The translations under genes and the position numbers were made by a program. From assembly GCA_035532215.1 (NCBI GenBank), contig DATKRK010000301.1, positions 1,181-65,180 on the forward strand: 64,000 nt of DNA. The letters run 5' to 3'. The stretch is from Pirellulales bacterium. GTDB lineage: Bacteria; Planctomycetota; Planctomycetia; Pirellulales; JAICIG01. This document shows, piece after piece, positions 8,068 to 17,841 of the stretch (positions within the stretch are counted from its first letter, which is position 1; each line of letters starts with the position of its first letter). Under the pieces are notes generated by a model, which saw nothing but the letters and a program-made list of their open reading frames with translations, had not been told where the DNA came from and searched no databases.

Positions 8068-8096
8068 GTCACCCATGGGGACGGAGTCCGCCCGAG
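8068..8096 (+). repeat. 29-nt motif copy 1 (gtcacccatggggacggagtccgcccgag), 80 nt upstream of the exosortase start
   Basis: Identical 29-mer also at 18910-18938. It contains CCATGG and the small palindrome GGAC-gga-GTCC. Confidence 0.8.
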
Positions 8097-8175
8097 TGAG
8101 GCAGCGTTTGGCAGACAGCGTGTTCTGGTTCCGTCCCTGTCGTGTTTTGCTCTCTTCCCGAGTGACGATTCGTCC

Positions 8176-9219
8176 ATGAAACGTGGAAATAGGCGCAAAA
8201 CGGCGTCGGTTCGGGATGTTGTCGCCCGAAGTTCGCGGTCTGCAGCGTGGGAAATCGCTCGACCTCAGGGCGATGTGGCAAGCGAATTGGTCGATGCCGC
8301 GGCGAACGCGGAGGCCTGGCGCGCAAAGATCGGAAACCCGGTCTTTTTAGCGGGTATCGCTATCGTCGCCGCCACGTTTGGTTGGTCCTACTGGCCAATC
8401 GCCTGCGAACTGGTTCGCATCTGGAATCACGAGCCCGACTACTCGCACGGGTATTTTGTCGTTCCGGCGGCGCTGTATTTTCTTTGGTTTCGCCGCGGCA
8501 GTCTGCCGGCGCCCAGCGATCGGCTGCAATGGGGCGGAATGGTTTTGCTGGTGTTGAGTGGGGCGATACGCTTTGCCGGCAGTCTTTGGTATATCGACGC
8601 ACTCCAAGCTTGGTCGATTCCGTTTTGGGTGGCCGGTACCTGCTGGCTCTTTGGCGGTTGGCGACTGCTATGGTGGAGCCTGCCCTCGGTTGGTTTTCTG
8701 GCGTTCATGATTCCGCTGCCCTTTCGGGCGGAACATTTGCTCAGTTTTCCGTTGCAACGCGTGGCCACGAAGCTCAGTTGCTGGCTGTTGCAGTCGCTCG
8801 GGCGTCCCGCTGTGGCCGAGGGCAATGTGATTTATTTGAACGACATCACCCTGGGCGTCGCCGAGGCGTGTAGCGGGCTGCGCATCTTCATGTCGATTGC
8901 CGCGTTGGCTTACATTTACATGGTGCTAGCCAAACGCGATTGGTGGATGAAGGCGATCCTGTGCGCCAGCGTGTTGCCTGTCGCCTTGTTGACCAATGCC
9001 GTGCGGATCGTCGCCACAGCGCTTCTGCACGAATGGGTTTCCGGCGAGGCTGCCCATAAGTTTTCTCACGATTTAGCGGGCTGGCTGATGGCGCCGCTGG
9101 CCGCCGGACTGTTGGGGCTAGTGAGTTGGTACCTCGGCCGGCTGTTGGTCGATGTGGAAATCGTTTCTCCAGGCGAACTGATGTTCGGAGTACATGGCGA
9201 CGGCAAAAGCAAACGATAA
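8176..9219 (+). CDS. xrtA: exosortase (XrtA/EpsH-like)
   Basis: N-terminal motif WNHEPDYSHGYFVVP, catalytic-Cys motif GVAEACSGLR and Arg motif LTNAVRIV in a polytopic membrane protein. The neighbourhood (EpsI, PEP-CTERM-locus-type glycosyltransferase, deacetylase, AsnB-type and FemAB-like genes) matches the XrtA-type system as I recall it. Confidence 0.9.
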   Translation: MKRGNRRKTASVRDVVARSSRSAAWEIARPQGDVASELVDAAANAEAWRAKIGNPVFLAGIAIVAATFGWSYWPIACELVRIWNHEPDYSHGYFVVPAALYFLWFRRGSLPAPSDRLQWGGMVLLVLSGAIRFAGSLWYIDALQAWSIPFWVAGTCWLFGGWRLLWWSLPSVGFLAFMIPLPFRAEHLLSFPLQRVATKLSCWLLQSLGRPAVAEGNVIYLNDITLGVAEACSGLRIFMSIAALAYIYMVLAKRDWWMKAILCASVLPVALLTNAVRIVATALLHEWVSGEAAHKFSHDLAGWLMAPLAAGLLGLVSWYLGRLLVDVEIVSPGELMFGVHGDGKSKR

Positions 9220-9349
9220 GCCTACCGTTCTGCTTTTTCCGTCCCATGGCGGGGCCCCTTCAAGATTGATCGCGACAGGAAACTGACGCGTTTCCGCCGC
9301 CTTTAAACACCGCAGCCGCGCAGTTACCGATATTACCGAGCCGAATTCC

Positions 9350-11650
9350 ATGCACGAACCCGGAAAACAGCCGTCGGCGGGCGTTTTGGCGCCTATCGCA
9401 GCACGAGGGCATTTGGCTTCGTGGTCCACGGCGCCCGCCGTACATTCGGTCGCGGCGTTCAGCCTCGGAGACGTTTGGCGCACGGCACGACGCTGGTGGT
9501 GGCAGTGTACTTTTGCAGGTCTAGTGCTGGCAACCGCGGCCTGTGCTGCCGTGTGGTTCCTTTTCGAACCGGTTTATGTGGCGTCGTCCTGGTTGCTCAT
9601 CAAGAGCCAGCAGCCGCATATCGTGTACGCGACAAGCGGCGATTCTCGCTTGTTCGCAGAAACGCAATTGCAAACGATCCGCAGCCCGGTTGTGCTATCC
9701 AGAGTGCTTGCCAGCCAGCCCGAGATCGCCAAGTCGCCGGAAGGCGAACGATTTAACTCGCACCTGACATGGCTTCAGCAAGGGCTCCGCGCCAACTACG
9801 TGGGCCAGTCGGAACTTTGCGAAATCAGCTTTCGGGCGAGTAATTCTTCGATGGCCGCCAAAGTCGCGAACGCCATCATCGAGTCCTATTTGACGCTGCA
9901 TCGGGATAAAACCGGAGAGCAGGCGAGTCGCATCGTCGAGCTGTTAAACGAGGAGAAACGCAGCCGGGAACAAGAGGTGGAATATCTGCGCAACCAAGTG
10001 CGCGATCTGGCGCGCAAGATTACCGGCCACGAGCCGGCGTTCGTCGGCGGCGATCGGGACTTAGTATTGCACGAGTCCCCCTTGAGTCAGTTCGAGCAGC
10101 AGCGCAATCAAGCCGAAGTGGAAAAAGCTTATCTAGAGGCGAAGCTAACCGCTTACCGCGAATCGGTTGAAGCCGACGATGACGAAATACCGGCCGCTGA
10201 TTTGGAGAAGGCCCTCGCTGCACACCCGGGCATTCAGCGATTGCAGTCGCAGATCGCTATGTTGAAGGCGCAGCACGCAGAATATAAGCGTGTCGCACGT
10301 GGGAAGAGCGCCGATCGTTTGCCGCAACTTGTCGAGCGTATCGAGGAAGCCGAAGGATATCTGACGCGCCATTCCGATGAATTGCGCCCCGATGTCGAGA
10401 AGGAATTGCGGAAGGCCCTCAAGGAAGGTGCGGTCCGGGCCATCGCCGGGCTGAAGATGAACATCCGGAACCAACAGGAACTGATGAATCTGTGGCAGTC
10501 GAAAGTCGACGAGCACCGCAAGGAGTTGGAAAAAACGGGCGACGAAACGTTGCAGTTGGAATTCGCGCGAGCCGACTTGCTGCGTTCGGAGGAAGTGTTG
10601 GATCGCATTTCCGATCGGATCATGGCTTTGCGAACCGAACGAAAGGCGCCGGAGCGAGCGGAAATACTTCAACTTGCCGCTCCTCCCGCCGCCCCGTTAG
10701 AGGCGTTGCCGTATAAGAAGCTTGGAATGGCCGCCTTGGGAGCGTTTTGCATTCCTTTCGGCTTGGCATTCCTCTGGGAACGATGGGTCCGGCGGATTTC
10801 CGACGCGGGGCAAGTATCTATGGAAGCGAATCTGCCAGTGCTGGCCGAAATCTCGGCTTTACCGACGCGAAGCAGCATGGCGAGTCGGCTTACCGCCAAC
10901 CGTTTTGCACGCGACAGAGCCACGTTCGAAGAAAGCATCGACGCTTTGCGCGTGAACTTGATGCTGGCGCCAGAATCCAAGGATCTGCGAACGCTCGTCG
11001 TGACGAGCGCGGTGAGTCGAGAAGGAAAAACAAGTTTGGCGGCTTCCTTGGCGGCCAGCTTGGCGAGGTCTTTGCGACAGCCAACCTTGTTGATCGATGC
11101 CGATATGCGGGCGCCCGACTTGCACGAGATGTTCGACGCCGCGTTGGAGCCCGGCTTGGCAGGCGTACTGGATGGCGCATGCAGCCTTGACGACGCCTTG
11201 ATTACTGACGTCAATCGAAACGTGCATTTCTTGCCGGCGGGACGTCTGACGGTCAGCCCGCATCTGCTGTTACACAGCAGTCGATGGACGTCTTTGCTAT
11301 CCCAGGCGAGCTCGCGCTATCGCTATGTGATCATCGACGCGCCCCCGGTGCTCGCCGCCAGCGAGTCGCTCATCCTGGCGAGCGCGGCGGAAGGCACTTT
11401 GGTGTGCGCCATGCGGGATATCAGCCGCGGTCCTCAGTTGCGTACGGCCTGCGAGCGATTGAGAAATGCGGGAGCGCGAATTCTAGGCACCATCATCAGC
11501 GGCGTTCCAACACAAACATGGGCCTATAAATACGGCGGCTACGGTTATGGCCGGGAGCTTTACGCCGAAGGTTCCGGCGCCGTTTCGGATGAGGCGTCCT
11601 ATTCAAAGGAAGGGCATCCTGAGCCCGGGGAAGCGCGCCAAGGTTTCTAA
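9350..11650 (+). CDS. fused polysaccharide chain-length determinant / BY-type tyrosine autokinase (GumC/Wzc-like)
   Basis: N-terminal TM plus a long coiled coil and a second TM (LGMAALGAFCIPFGLAFLW). C-terminal P-loop VVTSAVSREGKTS, Walker A' LLIDADMRAP, Walker B YVIIDAPPVLA, Tyr cluster WAYKYGGYGYGRELY. Confidence 0.9.
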   Translation: MHEPGKQPSAGVLAPIAARGHLASWSTAPAVHSVAAFSLGDVWRTARRWWWQCTFAGLVLATAACAAVWFLFEPVYVASSWLLIKSQQPHIVYATSGDSRLFAETQLQTIRSPVVLSRVLASQPEIAKSPEGERFNSHLTWLQQGLRANYVGQSELCEISFRASNSSMAAKVANAIIESYLTLHRDKTGEQASRIVELLNEEKRSREQEVEYLRNQVRDLARKITGHEPAFVGGDRDLVLHESPLSQFEQQRNQAEVEKAYLEAKLTAYRESVEADDDEIPAADLEKALAAHPGIQRLQSQIAMLKAQHAEYKRVARGKSADRLPQLVERIEEAEGYLTRHSDELRPDVEKELRKALKEGAVRAIAGLKMNIRNQQELMNLWQSKVDEHRKELEKTGDETLQLEFARADLLRSEEVLDRISDRIMALRTERKAPERAEILQLAAPPAAPLEALPYKKLGMAALGAFCIPFGLAFLWERWVRRISDAGQVSMEANLPVLAEISALPTRSSMASRLTANRFARDRATFEESIDALRVNLMLAPESKDLRTLVVTSAVSREGKTSLAASLAASLARSLRQPTLLIDADMRAPDLHEMFDAALEPGLAGVLDGACSLDDALITDVNRNVHFLPAGRLTVSPHLLLHSSRWTSLLSQASSRYRYVIIDAPPVLAASESLILASAAEGTLVCAMRDISRGPQLRTACERLRNAGARILGTIISGVPTQTWAYKYGGYGYGRELYAEGSGAVSDEASYSKEGHPEPGEARQGF

Positions 11651-11659
11651 CGAGGCGCA

Positions 11660-14600
11660 TTGATTCAGAGTTCGATGCAAACTGCGACCATCAACCGCGG
11701 CGTGGGCCAACCGGCTAAACAGGCTAGACTGCGCCGGCGGGTCTTGAACATTCGGCTATTGGTGCGAAGCGCCGCCGCGACGGCGGTTATGGCGATATTG
11801 GCTTATTTTTGGCATGGGTTCCAAATAGACCGCAATGCAACCGCGTTACTGGACCGTGCGGCCCAAATGGAACAGAGCGAGAATTGGCTCGGGGCAGCGC
11901 AAAGCATCCACCGCTTCTTGCGCTTGCGTCCTGACGATGTCGATGCCAAGATTCGCCTGGCTGAAGATTTCGATCAGGCTGCCGCGACGACGCGTGACAA
12001 AACACGGGCCGTGGAATTATATGCTACCGCGATCGGCCTGGCGCCGGAACGAGCGGATCTGCGGAATCGCCATCTGACGTTGCTCTTGGAATCGGGCGAT
12101 TACTCGGCGGCCCTGCGGTACGCCGACGAAATGCTGGAACGTGAGCCGGAAGGGGCTCCTGCATTGCGGGTCCGCGCGCTTGCCCAGCTTGATCAATTGC
12201 AGATTCGCGGCGACGTGGCCGCGAATGAGGTCGCCAAGTCGCTTGAGGCGGCTATCGAGCTAAATCCAAACGATATCCAACTCGGCGCCAACCTGGCCCG
12301 CCTTTACAGAGCGAGTCTTCAATCGGGCGACCAAGGGGATCAGGTCATGGATCGTCTTGTCGAGCGGGCGGGCGACCAGGCCGCAGCGTTGCTCGCAAGA
12401 TACGCCTACCGCAGGCAATTTGGGTTGCCCGGCGCCGACGACGACCTCGACCTGGCTCTGGCAAAAGATGTGGATGCAAAGGACCTGGACATTCGTTTGG
12501 CGGCTGCGATCCGAGCCCAAGAGGCAGAGGACTGGGGGCAGTCCCTGAAATACTATCAAGACGCGGTCAGAATCGACAAAAGAGACCGGCGAGGTTACTT
12601 GGGCTTGGGCTTGGCATATCGTGAGCAAGGCAAGATCAAAGAGGCGCTCGTCGCTTGGCGGTCAGGGCTGTCGAATATAGGCGGACCCGATTTAGTGATG
12701 CTGACTCAAATCGCCGCGGCCGAGATTGAACTGCGGCAATGGGAGGCGGCCCAAAAAAACCTGAAGAGCATCGAACGGTTGGTTGAAGGCATCTTCGGTC
12801 GGGAGCAATCGGCTTGGCTGGCAACGATCGATTCTCTGCAAGCGGAGATGCTCATCGCCCAAGACGAGTGCCGAGAGGCGATACCGCTTCTGAAGAAGGC
12901 GATTATGCTCCGACAAGCGGGCGCCGAAACGAAAGCGAGCATTGCCGCAGACGCGAAGTTCTATGCCGCGTTGGGCCAATGCCATGCCAGGCTGATGCAG
13001 TGGGATCAGGCCGCGACGAGCTATCAGAAGGCCGCGGACTTGCGACCTTCGGAAACAGTTTATCGAATTTCGGCTGCGGCAGCATGGGCTTCGGCCGGAC
13101 GCTTAGATGAAGCTTCGCGACAATATGAACAAGCTTTGTCCGGCGATCGCGGGACAGCGAGTGCGTGGGGCGCCTACGCCCAGGTCGCGTTTCGACAGCA
13201 ACTTACTGCGTTGGAGCCCAACTGGCCGGAATTCGAACGAATTCTGGCCCAGGCGCAAGCCAAGACCGCCGACTCCAACGCCGGGCCGGAGGAAATCTTG
13301 GCTCTGAAGTTGCTCGATGCCGAATTTCTGCTGCACCGACAAAAATTCGAAGAAGCGTTTGCGCTGCTTAAGACGGTAGAAACTGAATTCGCAGCTGCAC
13401 CGGAGTTAGCCGCGCGATTGATCTTCGATTACGAGCGTCTGGGCCGGCAAAACGACGCCGACCGCGCGCTTGGCGAATTTGAAAAGAGGCCCGAAAACAG
13501 CTTGCGGTCCGTTTACGTTTGGGCGGATCTTTTGACAAGCAGGAAGCAATTTGACAAGGCGGAACGCCGTCTGTCAGATGCGTTGGCCGCGAAACTAACC
13601 AATGAAGAGCGGTTTGGCCTCGTTTACCGGCTCGCCATCCTCGATCTTTCCCAGGGCAAGAGCGACGCGGCGCGGAAAAAGCTTGAAGAACTCGCCGGCG
13701 CCGCACCTAAAGATCGACGCGTGCCAGCCTTGCTTGCGGAAATGGCGCTTGCGCGAGGCGATTTGCCGAATGCGGAGAAGTGGGAGCAGCGACTTCGTGA
13801 TATTCTAGGGGAAGAGGATGCGCTGTGGCGATATTATCGCGCCCAGCGTCTGATATATCAGTTCGCGAAAACAGCTCCAGACGATCAAAAAGCAAGACAG
13901 CGGCTGATTGATGAAGCCACTAAGCTGCAGGCAGAGGCGGAGCGGCTTCGCCCTAACTGGGGAGCAGCCTATTTGCTCAAGGCGAAATTGGCGCTGTTGG
14001 GCAGGCAGCCTGATTCCGAAGCGGCGGTTCGCGCCTATATCCAATCGATCCGGCTTGGCGAAACGCGTTTGCAAGTGTATGAGTCTCTGATCTCCCTGCT
14101 TTATCAGCAAAATCGCATCGCGGAAGCGGCAACTTATTTGAATCGACTGCGTGACGCGACGGAACTGCCGGCAGAGTTGACCACGATGGCGATGGCCATT
14201 GATGTTCGACAAGGCAATCTAGCTCGCGCTCTCGAATCGGCGCGGCGTGAGGTGGAACAGCATCCAGACGACGCTACGCGTCGCTTATGGTTGGGGCAGT
14301 TGTTAGCGCTTGAGTCGCCGGCCGATGACGACGCGGAAAAAGGCAAGCAAAAAGAAGAAGCCGAAGCTCAGATTAAACGAGCCAAGGAGTTATCGCCTAA
14401 GGACTTGCGTACGTGGTCTGCGTTGTTGTCATTTTATGCTGGCACGAAGCAGGTCGACGCCGGCCGCAAATTGCTCGCTGAACTCGAACAAAGCGACACG
14501 GTCGCTGATAGCGAACAAGCCTTCGTTTTAGCCCAAGGTTATGCTCTTTTGGGCGACCGCGACCGAGCTAAGTCGCTGTATCTTGACGCCGTTAAGAGGA

Positions 14601-16048
14601 ACACGGATTCCGTATACGTCCAATTGCAAGCCGCTGGCTATTTCCTACAAACGGATCTTGACTTAGCAAAGCAATGCGTCAACCGAGTCCTGCAACTCGA
14701 ACCGAATCACGAAACGGCACGAAACCTTTCGGCATTGTTGCGGTTCAGCGAGGGTGGAACCGAGGAGGAGCTGGAGGAAGTTTACAAGTTACTCGATAGG
14801 AACCGTGACGACGACGCACTCAGCGTTTCGGGGCAACGCCTGAAAGCACTAATGCTTGTGCGGCGTGGCGGCGAGAACTCTCGCCGCCGTGCTCGTGAAG
14901 TCCTAGAAGCCTTAGTGGATGTCGAGGGGACGCCAACAGACATAGACCGTCTGCTATTGGCTCGGCTCTACGAGGCGCAAGGACAAACAGTTGCCGCAGC
15001 CGAGCAATTGAAGGCCTTGGTAAACCGGGATAAGCCCTCTGCCAGCCACTTGGTGGCGTATGTCGACTTTTTGCTGCGAACCGAACAGGCAACGGAGGCT
15101 GGCTACTCGCTTGACCAGCTTGCGAAGCTTGAACCCGAGGGTGCGAATTGGCGAACCTTAACGCTCCGGGCGCGATGGCTGAAGGCCCGTGGCGAAGCCC
15201 CCAAGATTCCCCCTTTGGTTCAACGATTTCTCAACCAAACGCTGGCAAATGCGAACGATCCCGCTCAGCAAGCTACGCTGTGGCTCAACGCCGGCAAGCT
15301 TTATTCTTCGCTAAGTCTGGAGCCGGAGGCTGAATCTTCTTATCGCGAGGCCGTGCAACTCGAGCCCAGAACGCTGCCGGCGCTCGCAATGTGGTTGGCG
15401 CAGCATGGGAAGTCTGCCGAGGCCATTCGTTCGTGCATTGCTTCGGCAAAATCGGATCTGACCTCTCAGACAGCCAGGACGCTCAGCAGTATTCTAGTTA
15501 TTGCACCCCTGCCCGCCGAATTGCGCACCGATGCGGAGGCCGTACTATCTGCCGCTCTCGAGCGGCATCCCGAGGACGCTCAACTGCTCTTCGACATCGC
15601 AACCTTGCGGCTGTTCAAAGGCGACAACGGCCAAGCGATCCGTCTACTGCGGCAAACGCTCCAATTCGACCCGAAAAACTTGCAGGCGATGAACAATCTG
15701 GCGATCTTGCTTGCCGGTCAACCGCAAGGCCATGCGGAAGCGATCGAGTACATTGATCGGGCAATCTCATTAGCAGGCATGCATCCTGAGTTGCTGGACT
15801 CGAAAGCGTGGATTCTGCTCTGCCACGGTGAAGCAGCGGCAGCCGAGACGTTGCTCCACGACGCCCTCTCCATTCCGCCTGGCGATGCTCGCCATCACTT
15901 CCATCTGGCACTGGCTTGCCAATTGCAAGGCAAGCTCGACGACGCCCGGAATTCGCTTCAAAAGGCGAGAGACGGCAAGTTGCCGGTCAACCTGCTAATG
16001 CCGGACGAGCTTTCGCGTTTACACTCGCTCGAGCAAGCGCTCCGCTGA
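11660..16048 (+). CDS. giant TPR-repeat protein (PrsT-like, PEP-CTERM-system associated)
   Basis: 1462-aa ORF with an N-terminal TM (AATAVMAILAYFW), then tens of TPR-like helical repeats (for example AIRLLRQTLQFDPKNLQAMNNLAILLA). The track start is TTG 11660; ATG 11675 is an alternative. Confidence 0.85.
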   Translation: MIQSSMQTATINRGVGQPAKQARLRRRVLNIRLLVRSAAATAVMAILAYFWHGFQIDRNATALLDRAAQMEQSENWLGAAQSIHRFLRLRPDDVDAKIRLAEDFDQAAATTRDKTRAVELYATAIGLAPERADLRNRHLTLLLESGDYSAALRYADEMLEREPEGAPALRVRALAQLDQLQIRGDVAANEVAKSLEAAIELNPNDIQLGANLARLYRASLQSGDQGDQVMDRLVERAGDQAAALLARYAYRRQFGLPGADDDLDLALAKDVDAKDLDIRLAAAIRAQEAEDWGQSLKYYQDAVRIDKRDRRGYLGLGLAYREQGKIKEALVAWRSGLSNIGGPDLVMLTQIAAAEIELRQWEAAQKNLKSIERLVEGIFGREQSAWLATIDSLQAEMLIAQDECREAIPLLKKAIMLRQAGAETKASIAADAKFYAALGQCHARLMQWDQAATSYQKAADLRPSETVYRISAAAAWASAGRLDEASRQYEQALSGDRGTASAWGAYAQVAFRQQLTALEPNWPEFERILAQAQAKTADSNAGPEEILALKLLDAEFLLHRQKFEEAFALLKTVETEFAAAPELAARLIFDYERLGRQNDADRALGEFEKRPENSLRSVYVWADLLTSRKQFDKAERRLSDALAAKLTNEERFGLVYRLAILDLSQGKSDAARKKLEELAGAAPKDRRVPALLAEMALARGDLPNAEKWEQRLRDILGEEDALWRYYRAQRLIYQFAKTAPDDQKARQRLIDEATKLQAEAERLRPNWGAAYLLKAKLALLGRQPDSEAAVRAYIQSIRLGETRLQVYESLISLLYQQNRIAEAATYLNRLRDATELPAELTTMAMAIDVRQGNLARALESARREVEQHPDDATRRLWLGQLLALESPADDDAEKGKQKEEAEAQIKRAKELSPKDLRTWSALLSFYAGTKQVDAGRKLLAELEQSDTVADSEQAFVLAQGYALLGDRDRAKSLYLDAVKRNTDSVYVQLQAAGYFLQTDLDLAKQCVNRVLQLEPNHETARNLSALLRFSEGGTEEELEEVYKLLDRNRDDDALSVSGQRLKALMLVRRGGENSRRRAREVLEALVDVEGTPTDIDRLLLARLYEAQGQTVAAAEQLKALVNRDKPSASHLVAYVDFLLRTEQATEAGYSLDQLAKLEPEGANWRTLTLRARWLKARGEAPKIPPLVQRFLNQTLANANDPAQQATLWLNAGKLYSSLSLEPEAESSYREAVQLEPRTLPALAMWLAQHGKSAEAIRSCIASAKSDLTSQTARTLSSILVIAPLPAELRTDAEAVLSAALERHPEDAQLLFDIATLRLFKGDNGQAIRLLRQTLQFDPKNLQAMNNLAILLAGQPQGHAEAIEYIDRAISLAGMHPELLDSKAWILLCHGEAAAAETLLHDALSIPPGDARHHFHLALACQLQGKLDDARNSLQKARDGKLPVNLLMPDELSRLHSLEQALR

Positions 16049-16073
16049 CTCCAAACTGGCGCCGCTATTTCAG

Positions 16074-16769
16074 ATGACAGAAACTGTTGCTAATCGCCGA
16101 ATGCGCATGAGTGTCGCAATGGCAGGCTTATTATCGGTTGTTGGATTAACCGTTGCGTCCGGCGGGGTCTCCGGTTGGTTGGATAATCGCTGGGGCCAGC
16201 CTGTCGACCTATTGGCGGCAGGAAAGAATCTGGAACGGGCGCCAAGCCAGGTCGGCGACTGGCTTCTGGAGAACTCAAAGCCATTGAGTGCCGAGGTTAC
16301 GGACGTTCTGCAATGTAGCGGAAGCACGCAGCGCGTTTACCGCAACCAGAAGACCGGCGATGTGGTTACTTTGGCGCTGATCGTCGGCCCTCCCGGCCCG
16401 ACCTCCGTGCATACCCCAGAAGTTTGTTATTCTAGTCGCGACTACAAGACCATTTCGGCGCCCCAGCGGTTTCGAGCCATTGACGCGGGCTCCCGTTTCT
16501 GGGGGATGACCCTGGAAGCGACCGATCTCGAAGGCGGAAGGTTGAGCGTGGCTTACGCCTGGAATGACGGACACGGGTGGGTCGCCCCCGATCAACCTCG
16601 GTTTCAATTCGGCGGCGCCAAGTTGCTCTACAAACTGCAATTAGCCGCCCCCATGGATCGCGGTAATCCAGCCGAAAAGAGTAACCCCTGCCAAACTTTT
16701 CTGCGTGAATTCTTACCAGCGCTGGACTCTGTTCTTTTCCAGCAGCAGTCGTCAGCAGAGAAAACATGA
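16074..16769 (+). CDS. epsI: EpsI-family exosortase-associated protein
   Basis: N-terminal TM, then the SVHTPEVCYSSRDY motif (the H-x-P-E-x-C-Y pattern of EpsI-family proteins). Its position in the locus also fits. Confidence 0.8.
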   Translation: MTETVANRRMRMSVAMAGLLSVVGLTVASGGVSGWLDNRWGQPVDLLAAGKNLERAPSQVGDWLLENSKPLSAEVTDVLQCSGSTQRVYRNQKTGDVVTLALIVGPPGPTSVHTPEVCYSSRDYKTISAPQRFRAIDAGSRFWGMTLEATDLEGGRLSVAYAWNDGHGWVAPDQPRFQFGGAKLLYKLQLAAPMDRGNPAEKSNPCQTFLREFLPALDSVLFQQQSSAEKT

Positions 16770-17779
16770 TTAAACGATTGCGACCTTCTCCTCTTAAAAC
16801 GACCATTCCGGGAGCTAACAACATGAGTTTTGCCATTCGCCAGGCCCGTCGGCGAGAGCGATTAGCTATCGAAGACGACGTCTGCGCCGACGCTTCCTCT
16901 CGGAGTGTTGCGGCCGCCTATTTCGAATGGAAAGACTATGGCGGGAGATGCCTGGCGATCGTGCTTTTCATTGCCGGGTTGCCCATCATGGCTGCTACAA
17001 TGTTGTTGGTGCGATTGACGTCTCGTGGCCCCGCGATCTACCGTCAAATCCGCGTTGGTCGGAACGGACGAACATTCAGGATGTACAAGATCCGCACGAT
17101 GCGAGTCGATGCCGAAGCCGCTACTGGTCCAGTGTGGACTCAGCTACACGACCCGCGTATCACTCGCGTCGGATGGTGGCTCCGTAAACTCCATCTCGAC
17201 GAGTTGCCCCAAATAGTCAATGTACTTCGAGGCGAAATGGCCCTCATCGGCCCTCGTCCGGAGCGTCCCGAGTTTACTCGTCGCTTGGCGTTGGAAATCC
17301 CTGGCTATCTCGATCGACTGGCCGTGCGTCCGGGCATCACTGGCCTCGCTCAAATTAACCTCCCGCCCGATACAGACACTGAAAGCGTGCAGCGCAAGCT
17401 TGTTTTGGATCTCCTCTACGTGTGCGAAGGGAGTCTTTCGCTCGACCTCAAGATTCTGGCTTGCACCTTCGCACGACTTTTCGGCATCAAAGGTCGCCGT
17501 ATCACGCGATTATTTCGGCTCGATTATACATTCCACCTGTCGCAGCCGATTTCATTGGCTTCCCCATCGGCGAAAGGAAACGCGAATCTCCCTTTCGATG
17601 CATACCGCGACAACGGGCAGGTGAACGGCACATTGCACGCGTCTGCTCGTGGAGAGGCGATCAAGGGCGAGAGAAACCGGGGCGACGACGGGTTTACAAG
17701 CGATGCCCAATGTCGGCTAGATTGCGCCGTCGAGGGGAGCGAAGCGCCGATGAATCCGCAACGACGACTCCCGCGTTGA
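16766..17779 (+). CDS. undecaprenyl-phosphate sugar phosphotransferase (bacterial sugar transferase, WbaP/EpsB-like priming enzyme)
   Basis: RLTSRGPAIYRQIRVGRNGRTFRMYKIRTM...DPRITRVGWWLRKLHLDELPQIVNVLRGEMALIGPRPERPEF. The ATGA overlap with the epsI stop supports 16766; ATG 16823 is an alternative. Confidence 0.9.
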   Translation: MIKRLRPSPLKTTIPGANNMSFAIRQARRRERLAIEDDVCADASSRSVAAAYFEWKDYGGRCLAIVLFIAGLPIMAATMLLVRLTSRGPAIYRQIRVGRNGRTFRMYKIRTMRVDAEAATGPVWTQLHDPRITRVGWWLRKLHLDELPQIVNVLRGEMALIGPRPERPEFTRRLALEIPGYLDRLAVRPGITGLAQINLPPDTDTESVQRKLVLDLLYVCEGSLSLDLKILACTFARLFGIKGRRITRLFRLDYTFHLSQPISLASPSAKGNANLPFDAYRDNGQVNGTLHASARGEAIKGERNRGDDGFTSDAQCRLDCAVEGSEAPMNPQRRLPR

Positions 17780-17841
17780 GGGTTGGAGATGCTTGACTCT
17801 TCGCCGTCTGAACGCCCCGCGTTGACAACGCATACGATAAT

